Source of the DNA: an uncultured virus (IMG/VR IMGVR_UViG_3300017773_000003)
Taxonomy: Duplodnaviria > Heunggongvirae > Uroviricota > Caudoviricetes
DNA length: 64,000 bases
Virus record (IMG/VR): IMGVR_UViG_3300017773_000003
Reading direction: 5' to 3' (one strand)
Below the pieces are notes generated by a model. That model ran no database searches. It was not told the origin of the DNA and saw nothing but the letters and a program-made list of their open reading frames with translations. The translations under genes were made by a program, and so were the position numbers. Shown one piece after another: positions 40,320-46,927 of this stretch (position 1 is the first letter of the stretch; the number at the start of each line of letters is the position of its first letter).

Positions 40320-40555
40320 GTTGTAAATTCATCTGGTTCACGGTCATTAACAGTATCTTGTAAGTGTTGATCGTATTCAGGCATACAATGCTTGTCTACA
40401 TATTCACATACACTTTTAGCGTAAGCTGTTTTTATTTCCGAACCTTGGAACATAAATTCTGATATATTTTTCTTAACTGCTTCTTGATACATCATTTTAA
40501 ATATATTATAGCTGTTATCTACAACCATAGCATAAATCCATTTCATATAGCTCAT
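40316..40555 (-). CDS. Hypothetical protein
   Basis: 79 aa, ATGA overlap with polA. Confidence 0.65.
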   Translation of the reverse strand: MSYMKWIYAMVVDNSYNIFKMMYQEAVKKNISEFMFQGSEIKTAYAKSVCEYVDKHCMPEYDQHLQDTVNDREPDEFTT

Positions 40556-40563
40556 AATAAATA

Positions 40564-40628
40564 AATTAAGTTAAGACAGTGTTGGCGTCAAGGCGTTAAA
40601 TAAAACCTTACACTGTCTTAACATAATT
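40564..40628. other. Long inverted repeat (13 bp perfect core), possible RNase III site or terminator
   Basis: GTTAAGACAGTGT (40570-40582) pairs with ACACTGTCTTAAC (40610-40622), extendable by AATTA/TAATT. Confidence 0.7.
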
Positions 40629-40632
40629 AATA

Positions 40633-41217
40633 CTACATCATCTGCATATCATCAGCTGTAAATGCTTCTACAACTGTAGGAGAAGCAATAGCAACTGAGT
40701 CAGGTTCTAGATAAGTGTGTAAATCATCAGTAGCACCATTAGTAAGAATAACATCTGTGTTAGCAAATATATAGTTACCATTGTGAGTGATGAAGTCACC
40801 TTCTTTACCTTTACGTTTAGCAGACTTTTTTAAGTTTTCTAATTGCCATTCAGTACCTTGTAAGGTTTCTGTTACAATTATTCTACAACGTTTATCAAAC
40901 ATAGTAGGGTTGAAAACATCTAAGTCAAGCATTTTACCTTTTTCAGAGTCATACCAAGGTGCATCTGGACCAAAGTTGATACCAAGCAATTCTTGAGCAT
41001 CTAATGGTTCAGCTGTTTGCCAAGACATACGAGCTTTAGAACTAAATCTATCATCTGATTTATTTAGCATAGATAAAACATTTTCTACTTTAGAAGATGT
41101 AAGTACTTCTGCAAATGCTAATTGTATTTTACCGTTAGCGATTTGACGGGCGTTCACTAATAAAGTGTCACCTTTTTGTAGGGCATCTTTAGTCCCTGAG
41201 TTTAATTGATTAGGCAT
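40633..41217 (-). CDS. Hypothetical early protein
   Basis: 194 aa ORF preceded by a structured leader. Confidence 0.75.
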   Translation of the reverse strand: MPNQLNSGTKDALQKGDTLLVNARQIANGKIQLAFAEVLTSSKVENVLSMLNKSDDRFSSKARMSWQTAEPLDAQELLGINFGPDAPWYDSEKGKMLDLDVFNPTMFDKRCRIIVTETLQGTEWQLENLKKSAKRKGKEGDFITHNGNYIFANTDVILTNGATDDLHTYLEPDSVAIASPTVVEAFTADDMQMM

Positions 41218-41243
41218 GTTGTTTACATGTATTTAAATGTTTA

Positions 41244-41273
41244 TGCTAGTTTCGAAGGTATACTAGCAACCTT
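41244..41273 (-). promoter_or_regulatory. H-type pseudoknot in 5' leader
   Basis: - strand AAGGU-UGCUAGU-AU-ACCUU-CGAA-ACUAGCA: S1 AAGGU/ACCUU and S2 (U)GCUAGU/ACUAGC(A). Confidence 0.65.
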
Positions 41274-41275
41274 TT

Positions 41276-41321
41276 TAGCAAAGCATGTAGGAGTCGAACC
41301 TACACTTGTACCATATGCTTT
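41276..41321 (-). ncRNA. Miniature tRNA-like element (acceptor stem + T arm, no anticodon arm)
   Basis: AAAGCAU-AUGGUACAAGU-GUAGG-UUCGACU-CCUAC-AUGCUUU-G-CUA: 7 bp acceptor stem, 5 bp T stem, canonical T loop. Confidence 0.75.
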
Positions 41322-41514
41322 ATAAAAAAATATTGTAAGTTGTGGAAATTTTGGTGCCCGCAGTTTTAATTCCTGCTACTTACGATAATAAACAGAACGC
41401 GTTTCTATTTTATGAAAAGCACATACGTCGAATGGTTACGACATTGTAATTATATAAATTACTAAAAAGCAGTTTGTCTACTTGCTTAGGTATACGTCGA
41501 ATATCACGACCTTT

Positions 41515-42171
41515 CTATGGTTTTTTAAGAGTATCATTAACTTTAGCACGTAAATATGCATTAGTAAATTGCTCTTTAGTTAATGGTTCATGTTGAAGTT
41601 CTCCATTAAGCAATTTTACACCACCTTTATAACTGCAATAATATCCTTGATTAATTGGATCATCATTAACATCATTATAATAATAAAATAGTTCATTATT
41701 ACTTTCATTATACATAGTAAAGCTTTTAGGTATAAATCTTATATCTATAATGTGATTAATGCTTTTTGCTTCGAATAGATCGTTTCTTATGAATTCTTGT
41801 ATTCTATCTTCACAATATGACATCAGTTCTGCTGGTGTTGGTTCAGGAGGATGAATATCATTTATTTTCTCATACTCATCCCATTCAAATGCTTGTCTTG
41901 AGTCTTCAGAACTATAACCTGAATTAGATAAAGCTATTTCAAGTTCTTTAACACGCTTTTCAGCTTTAACAAGTTCGTCTTTATAAATTACAGCAGCAGC
42001 ATTAGTATCTGTATTGTTATCTCCTACTAATGCATATTTGGTATCTATTTCTGTACGTAATCTATTGATTTCATCGCGTTTATCATTGATATTAGCTATA
42101 TGTTTAGCAATAATATCATTGAATACTATAATTAAATCGTGTAAGTCAATGTTAGTTTGTGGTTTAACCAT
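41515..42171 (-). CDS. Hypothetical coiled-coil early protein (start moved to ATG 42171)
   Basis: The ORF track start (42243) overlaps a better small ORF. The body is coiled-coil-like. Confidence 0.65.
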   Translation of the reverse strand: MVKPQTNIDLHDLIIVFNDIIAKHIANINDKRDEINRLRTEIDTKYALVGDNNTDTNAAAVIYKDELVKAEKRVKELEIALSNSGYSSEDSRQAFEWDEYEKINDIHPPEPTPAELMSYCEDRIQEFIRNDLFEAKSINHIIDIRFIPKSFTMYNESNNELFYYYNDVNDDPINQGYYCSYKGGVKLLNGELQHEPLTKEQFTNAYLRAKVNDTLKKP

Positions 42172-42310
42172 TTTTCTGCTCTTTAGTGTTATTTTCTTGC
42201 TTTTCTTCTTCGTGGCATTGTTGACAAGTATGAAACTCATCACAAGTACACGTTAGCTCAGGACTTATACTATATAAGTCCCAAGCATCTTGTGCATCTT
42301 CGTAAAACAT
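42164..42310 (-). CDS. Small Cys-rich protein (48 aa), not in ORF track
   Basis: MFYEDAQDAWDLYSISPELTCTCDEFHTCQQCHEEEKQENNTKEQKNG. TAATG coupling to the upstream gene. Confidence 0.6.
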   Translation of the reverse strand: MFYEDAQDAWDLYSISPELTCTCDEFHTCQQCHEEEKQENNTKEQKNG

Positions 42311-42651
42311 TATAAACCAGAGTCTTTAACCCATTCGAAATCGTATGTGCCACCTTTTCTAGCATCATAAGACATTATATCGTGATGATCTTCTCTTATA
42401 CTCTTATCAATAGTTTTGCTAACTAATTTAGTTTTAGCTCTCTCAACTGTTTGTAGCATATCTGCTATTCTTTTTAGATCTTTATTGTCTTCATGTAGGT
42501 TATACACTATATTTATTAGTGTTTTTACATGATTTCTCAAGTGTTTTACAGTGCTTACTGCAGTTTCTTTGTTGTCAATTGATTCGAGTTTGTACTCTTG
42601 ACTTGTTACAATATTTTGTATTGCGTCGTAAACTTTTTCGTTTTTTACCAT
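42310..42651 (-). CDS. Hypothetical coiled-coil protein
   Basis: 113 aa ORF in the tightly packed early cluster. Confidence 0.65.
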   Translation of the reverse strand: MVKNEKVYDAIQNIVTSQEYKLESIDNKETAVSTVKHLRNHVKTLINIVYNLHEDNKDLKRIADMLQTVERAKTKLVSKTIDKSIREDHHDIMSYDARKGGTYDFEWVKDSGL

Positions 42652-42653
42652 GA

Positions 42654-42824
42654 TTATTCTTTGTTATAAAAGTCTGTTAATGTTTGTTTAGTTATTGGAT
42701 ATGTAGTTATTACGTCGTTAACGTGGTCACAATTTGTGCATTCTGCAAGTGTATCATGACCAACGTGTTCAAGAGTATGACCTTTATTATGGCCACACTC
42801 TGAACAGTTTATAGTTGCTATCAT
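42654..42824 (-). CDS. Zinc-ribbon protein (56 aa), not in ORF track
   Basis: MIATINCSECGHNKGHTLEHVGHDTLAECTNCDHVND... has two CxxC pairs. ATGA overlap with the upstream stop, and it fills the gap exactly. Confidence 0.75.
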   Translation of the reverse strand: MIATINCSECGHNKGHTLEHVGHDTLAECTNCDHVNDVITTYPITKQTLTDFYNKE

Positions 42825-43027
42825 TTCTTATTACGTGTTAGTGTTGAAATGATTTTATCTAATTTAGCTTTCTCTTTCTTTGCACCATCAGGTTGATTGA
42901 TTTGTAATGCTTTGCGTATTTGTACATAAGCATCTAATCCATCTTTGTTGATGAAAGAATCACGAGCATCTTGCCTATCTTTAGCAAGAGCTCGTCTTAT
43001 ATCTTTTTTGAATTTACTGTGTGCCAT
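42821..43027 (-). CDS. Small basic hypothetical protein
   Basis: 68 aa ORF coupled to its neighbours. Confidence 0.65.
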   Translation of the reverse strand: MAHSKFKKDIRRALAKDRQDARDSFINKDGLDAYVQIRKALQINQPDGAKKEKAKLDKIISTLTRNKK

Positions 43028-43029
43028 AA

Positions 43030-43338
43030 TTAGTTTGCTTGTTTATACCATGCTAATTCCATTACCATGAAAGGTAATATCATTTGACATGAGAATGAAT
43101 AGTCTTTAGTTTTTTCTATTGCTATTGCAAATCCTGCAATCCATCCAATTGTAAGTGAACGTTTGACGCACCATTTACGTGTGTTGTACAAATAAATAGC
43201 ATAGCTTACAATAAGCCAGCATAACCATAAGGATGTGCACACAAGTTTATCAATTGCTTCTGATAAATGTAGTCTGTCTGTCAATATTACTAGAGACAGA
43301 GTTAACAATCCAAGAATAATGTAGTTTAGTCTTTTCAT
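43030..43338 (-). CDS. Small membrane protein
   Basis: Two to three hydrophobic segments in 102 aa. Confidence 0.65.
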   Translation of the reverse strand: MKRLNYIILGLLTLSLVILTDRLHLSEAIDKLVCTSLWLCWLIVSYAIYLYNTRKWCVKRSLTIGWIAGFAIAIEKTKDYSFSCQMILPFMVMELAWYKQAN

Positions 43339-43368
43339 TTTGTTAATGATTAAGTTAATTTAGGTTAA

Positions 43369-43618
43369 GGCAAGGAGAGTAACAAGCGAACAGCTTGCTA
43401 CCTCTTGAAGCTTTTGCCAGAGCTTTTTATTATGTGATGCGTTTTACAGCTATTTCACAAACCATCTACCGATCGTTAGGTAAATACTCTTTCATACGAG
43501 AGTCATCTGGGTTGACGCATCACTTGTGCTAATGTTATACTATCCAATGTAACAAGATTGTATACATTGGGATTTATGTCAATATGGTGTGTGTGGTGGT
43601 TGGTGACCACTCACACAA
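43369..43618. other. Cluster of stem-loops in early intergenic region
   Basis: Examples are GTAACAAGC/GCTTGCTAC, GTGATGCGTT/GACGCATCAC enclosing two hairpins, CCAATGTA/TACATTGG and GTGTGTGTGGT/ACCACTCACAC. Confidence 0.6.
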
Positions 43619-43648
43619 TCAAATGTTAATTAAAAAAATGTAGCTATG

Positions 43649-43927
43649 CTACATTTCTTTGCGGGCTTTGGCGATAGCCATGTCCGCCTTACGGGCTGCG
43701 GCAGCAGACATGTAAGGAAGTAATACATCGTATTGCTTTGTGTTATCCTTGGATGGCACACTTTCCCAACCTACGACGGAGTCTGGTTGGTACATATCCA
43801 AATCAAACGTAAGTGTAGAGTGGATTTTGCGCGAACCTTCGTGCTTAAACTTAATGGGTTGCATAGTCTTCCCATTGATTGTTGTGTGCTGTCCAACAGC
43901 CACAACATAAACTAAATCTTCATTCAT
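43649..43927 (-). CDS. First gene of the leftward early block, hypothetical (start moved to ATG 43927)
   Basis: MNEDLVYVVAVGQ... preceded by an AT-rich leader. Confidence 0.65.
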   Translation of the reverse strand: MNEDLVYVVAVGQHTTINGKTMQPIKFKHEGSRKIHSTLTFDLDMYQPDSVVGWESVPSKDNTKQYDVLLPYMSAAAARKADMAIAKARKEM

Positions 43928-44078
43928 GAAATTTATATTTAACTTTGTTAATACTAGAGGGGGGTACCTCATCGCCAGAGAACAATGGGGGTCGTCGTTT
44001 GAGTTGGTTGGTACACTCGAAGATAAAACAAATTTTAAAAAATTTTACCCAGAATTTTTTCCGTAAGCTTTAATTAAG

Positions 44079-44086
44079 TACATTTG
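44079..44086 (+). promoter_or_regulatory. Bacteroidota -7 element TACATTTG (near-leaderless transcript)
   Basis: TAnnTTTG 4 nt before ATG 44091. Confidence 0.6.
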
Positions 44087-44090
44087 CTCC

Positions 44091-44252
44091 ATGTCTGAAA
44101 AAACCTGCAAGAATTGTATCGATGGTCAATGCACCTGTAAAAGTAAGAAGGATTATAACGCCTTCGAAGATTATATAAAAGACCTTACAGAGTCTGACCA
44201 ACCCGCTTGTTCTATAGAAGATCAAGAAAACTGCGAGAATTGCGGTAGTTAG
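44091..44252 (+). CDS. Small Cys-rich protein (53 aa), not in ORF track
   Basis: MSEKTCKNCIDGQCTCKSKKDYNAFEDYIKDLTESDQPACSIEDQENCENCGS, with a promoter immediately upstream. Confidence 0.75.
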   Translation: MSEKTCKNCIDGQCTCKSKKDYNAFEDYIKDLTESDQPACSIEDQENCENCGS

Positions 44253-44254
44253 AT

Positions 44255-44518
44255 TAGAAGCACTCATAGAGTATCACCCCCCAGGTAGCCAATAAGGGGT
44301 CAGAAGTTGGATTGTAGGTTCAAATAGAACTAGAGTTTTCTCCAATAGCTTCGAAAAGAGTAACGTATAGGCTTTAGTTAGGATAAATTGCACACAGGTA
44401 AGTGCGGTGAATTAACATCAGTATTATTATCCTTGGGTCCCCATCGGGAGCACTGCTAAACGCTAAAATCACACTTGAAATCTAAAATCCAAGGGGGATA
44501 CCTGTGTCTTTTTGGATC
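44255..44518 (+). ncRNA. Candidate structured ncRNA (~265 nt)
   Basis: No sizeable ORF. Several stems with G-U pairs on the + strand and a 9 nt loop-loop complementarity (see findings). Confidence 0.55.
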
Positions 44519-44533
44519 TCTTTAAATAAAATC

Positions 44534-44564
44534 TTGTATTGTAGCAGAAACTTTTATATATTTG
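44534..44564 (+). promoter_or_regulatory. Bacteroidota promoter (TTG -33, TATATTTG -7)
   Basis: TTG at 44534-44536, a 20 nt spacer, then TATATTTG at 44557-44564, upstream of groES. Confidence 0.75.
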
Positions 44565-44588
44565 TGGAAACATAAAACTATATACAAG

Positions 44589-44855
44589 ATGAAATTCAAA
44601 CCAAATAGTAATTGGGTGGTTCTACCCGATCCAACTTCAGACACTACTGAATCCGGTATAATCTTAGACGAGACTACAAAGAGAGCTCAAGCTAGAAGTA
44701 ATGTACTTAAAGTTTTAGCTGTTGGCGATCACTGTCACTTTGTTAAGCCTGGGGATATTGCTACAATCGATCCTAGAAGCGAAGCTATACAATTAACTAT
44801 AGAAGGAAAAGAGTGCTTACTAATTAGTGAGTCTCAAATTATAGGTAAAGAATGA
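44589..44855 (+). CDS. groES: GroES-like co-chaperonin (start moved to ATG 44589)
   Basis: MKFKP...WVV, TTESGIIL (mobile loop), VLAVG, VKPGD and IEGKECLLISESQIIG. Confidence 0.85.
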   Translation: MKFKPNSNWVVLPDPTSDTTESGIILDETTKRAQARSNVLKVLAVGDHCHFVKPGDIATIDPRSEAIQLTIEGKECLLISESQIIGKE

Positions 44856-45037
44856 TTACTAGTAGCGTAATTGTAGACACCCCTGAAGAATGGGTCAGAA
44901 CTGTTTTAAATTTTGAAGAAAAAATTAGCGACCTTGAAGCTATAGGCTCAGTTAAACATTGGGACACTACCTTATGGGTTTGTGAAGACGGATTTAAAGT
45001 TAGTATTGAAGTCGAAATGGATGAAGACTATGAGTAA
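44852..45037 (+). CDS. Small acidic hypothetical protein
   Basis: 61 aa, ATGA overlap with groES. Confidence 0.55.
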   Translation: MITSSVIVDTPEEWVRTVLNFEEKISDLEAIGSVKHWDTTLWVCEDGFKVSIEVEMDEDYE

Positions 45038-45380
45038 TAAAAAAAGAATTACAGTTAAAATAGATACCACATATAAATATATCAGATTGTGGAACGGTCT
45101 ATTTAATTTAACTCCTAAAGAATTAAAAATTTTAGCAGAGTTTGTGGATGTCAATAGAGATATTGGTAATAAATTTGATAACGCATGCCATGTAGAAATT
45201 AAAAAGATAGTAGCTAAAAATTTAGGTATTACAGATTATAATACTCTTAATAATTATGTTAAACGTTTTAAGAAAAAAGGAGTTATATTAAAAAAGAAAA
45301 CTTCGTACTCTTTAAATAAACTTTTAGACCCTGAAACAGCTAGTGTAGAAATAGTAATAAAATATGGAGATAACAGGTGA
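45030..45380 (+). CDS. Putative winged-helix DNA-binding protein (start moved to ATG 45030)
   Basis: LTPKELKILAEF...IVAKNLGITDYNTLNNYVKRFKKKGVI resembles a wHTH. Confidence 0.65.
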   Translation: MSNKKRITVKIDTTYKYIRLWNGLFNLTPKELKILAEFVDVNRDIGNKFDNACHVEIKKIVAKNLGITDYNTLNNYVKRFKKKGVILKKKTSYSLNKLLDPETASVEIVIKYGDNR

Positions 45381-45489
45381 CGATCATTACATTTATACTA
45401 CTCACATCACATATTTTTATACGTTAGTTATAGTACAAAATTCTGTGGGAGAATTAGTAGAGTTACAAATAGAGCAACACTATGAATAA
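45364..45489 (+). CDS. Possible 41 aa protein, not in ORF track
   Basis: MEITGDDHYIYTTHITYFYTLVIVQNSVGELVELQIEQHYE fills the gap and overlaps both neighbours. Confidence 0.45.
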   Translation: MEITGDDHYIYTTHITYFYTLVIVQNSVGELVELQIEQHYE

Positions 45490-45952
45490 AAAAAAGAAAA
45501 ACGAAATACTAGGACAAAAATTACAACCTGGTAAACCTAAAAATACGGCATTAAACAATATACGTCGTAGACAAAAAAACGCTAAGATCGCTAAAGAGAA
45601 TGCAAAAAATGTACCTGAAGCAGATATAGTAGGTAGTAAAAACCCTGGGCCTCCAGTTCAACCCGCTAAACCACCAAGCGTTTTTAAAATGATGAAATCT
45701 TTTAGTAAAGATCTGGCTAATTATGTAAAAGCTGGAGCTCCTAACTGTTCTCAAACAGATTATAAAGAAAGATTACTAACTTGTGATGCTTGCCCACATC
45801 TATTACGTAATATGATGCGATGCGGTAAGTGTGGCTGCTTAGTTGAGCACAAAGCTAAATGGAAAACAACTACATGCCCAGATAATAAGTGGAAAGCTCA
45901 AGATCTTTCTAATCTACCTAAACCAAAGCCTCAGCAAGGTGATAAAAAATAA
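45482..45952 (+). CDS. Zinc-binding protein (DUF6171-like C-terminal domain)
   Basis: RLLTCDACPHL...CGKCGC...K...CPDNKW pattern after a basic low-complexity N-terminus. Confidence 0.7.
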   Translation: MNKKKKNEILGQKLQPGKPKNTALNNIRRRQKNAKIAKENAKNVPEADIVGSKNPGPPVQPAKPPSVFKMMKSFSKDLANYVKAGAPNCSQTDYKERLLTCDACPHLLRNMMRCGKCGCLVEHKAKWKTTTCPDNKWKAQDLSNLPKPKPQQGDKK

Positions 45953-46160
45953 AGAAGAGTTAATATATTTTTTAGCTACTAAATATAACTTACCTATAAG
46001 CAAAATAGAAGAGATAGTTACTTATCAATTTAAGTTTGTTAAAAAAGTTATGCAGTCAGGAAAGTTTGAGGCTATAAGGCTACCATACTTTGGTGAATTT
46101 TCTGCAAAAAAAGAAAGGATAAAGCATATAACAAATTTAAAGAATGAAACTAAAAGATGA
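45939..46160 (+). CDS. HU/IHF-like DNA-binding protein (start moved to GTG 45939)
   Basis: NKEELIYFLA...IEEIV...IRLPYFGEFSAK matches the HU/IHF fold. Such a gene typically precedes terL in crAss-like phages. Confidence 0.75.
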   Translation: MIKNKEELIYFLATKYNLPISKIEEIVTYQFKFVKKVMQSGKFEAIRLPYFGEFSAKKERIKHITNLKNETKR

Positions 46161-46665
46161 CCTAATACATATTAAAGATAATAAAGCTGTACCAAGTGCA
46201 TACGCTCTTCAGATAAAAGAATTTCAAAAACTTAAAGTAGATGACCTTTCTTTTATTTATTTTATGGTGGATCATCGCTCTCCTTTTTCAGTTTATGAAT
46301 GGAGTCAGCGTGAAATTGAAGTAAAAAATAGTATATTTGGAGAAGACAATAAATGGAAACCTTCAAATAGAGTGCTAGCTGCTTGTAAAAAATACGCAGA
46401 ACTCATTGAAACTTCGGCAGTTAAGTTATTAAAAGCTGCTACAGAATCTGTTACTAAATTAGAAAAGTATTTTAGAACAGTAGATCTAACGGAGTTAGAT
46501 GATAGAGGTAAGCCTATATATACAGCTAAAGATTTAATTGGAAACTTAGAGAAGATGGGTAAAGTAGTAGATGGGTTATCAAGATTAGAAGAAATAGTTA
46601 AAAAAGAAGAGCAAGCTAGTAATCCAAATAGAGGTGGAGTAGAGGTAAATAAATACAGTATGTAA
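46144..46665 (+). CDS. Conserved protein upstream of TerL (candidate small terminase)
   Basis: 173 aa helical protein with C-terminal NRGG. Called from position. Confidence 0.5.
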   Translation: MKLKDDLIHIKDNKAVPSAYALQIKEFQKLKVDDLSFIYFMVDHRSPFSVYEWSQREIEVKNSIFGEDNKWKPSNRVLAACKKYAELIETSAVKLLKAATESVTKLEKYFRTVDLTELDDRGKPIYTAKDLIGNLEKMGKVVDGLSRLEEIVKKEEQASNPNRGGVEVNKYSM

Positions 46666-46666
46666 T

Positions 46667-46927
46667 ATGGATTTTTTAGAAGATATAGAACAATATAATA
46701 CCGCAATGGATAATGCTTATGACTTTGTAACTGGAAAAGTAACTTTAGATTCACTTGTAACTGATTTATCAGTTTCAGGCATACATTCTTATGTGTTACC
46801 GTTTGATCCTGAAAAAGAAACAGGTAGAGAGCATGATACTTTAGATTTGTTAATTGAGCATTTTGAAAGTACAGAAGAGTACGAAAAATGTCAAATATTA
46901 TTAAGGATAAAAAAGAAGAGTGCTTAA
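46667..46927 (+). CDS. Small protein with UVR-like C-terminal motif
   Basis: LIEHFESTEEYEKCQILL. Confidence 0.6.
   Translation: MDFLEDIEQYNTAMDNAYDFVTGKVTLDSLVTDLSVSGIHSYVLPFDPEKETGREHDTLDLLIEHFESTEEYEKCQILLRIKKKSA

Noticed and set aside
41244..41277. preQ1-I riboswitch
   Set aside because: AGGUU.CUAG...CCU looks similar, but the A-rich 3' tail and ligand-pairing C position do not fit, and no queuosine-related gene follows. Kept only as a generic pseudoknot.
41276..41321. Functional tRNA gene
   Set aside because: No anticodon arm or D stem, and only about 46 nt long.
42261..42281. GGACTTATA/TATAAGTCC hairpin as a separate regulatory element
   Set aside because: It lies inside the 48 aa ORF and has no U-tract or second copy, so support is insufficient.
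43940..43947. Rightward TAACTTTG -7 element
   Set aside because: It falls in the AT-rich leader of the leftward gene, has no -33 element and no adjacent ORF. It may be chance.
44296..44518. tmRNA or RNase P RNA
   Set aside because: GGGGUCA...UGGAUU resembles a tmRNA 5' end, but there is no matching 3' T-arm/acceptor/CCA. RNase P signature sequences are absent.
33656..44518. CRISPR array, retron msr-msd or DGR template repeat in the structured spacers
   Set aside because: No regularly spaced direct repeats and no reverse transcriptase or cas gene in the window.
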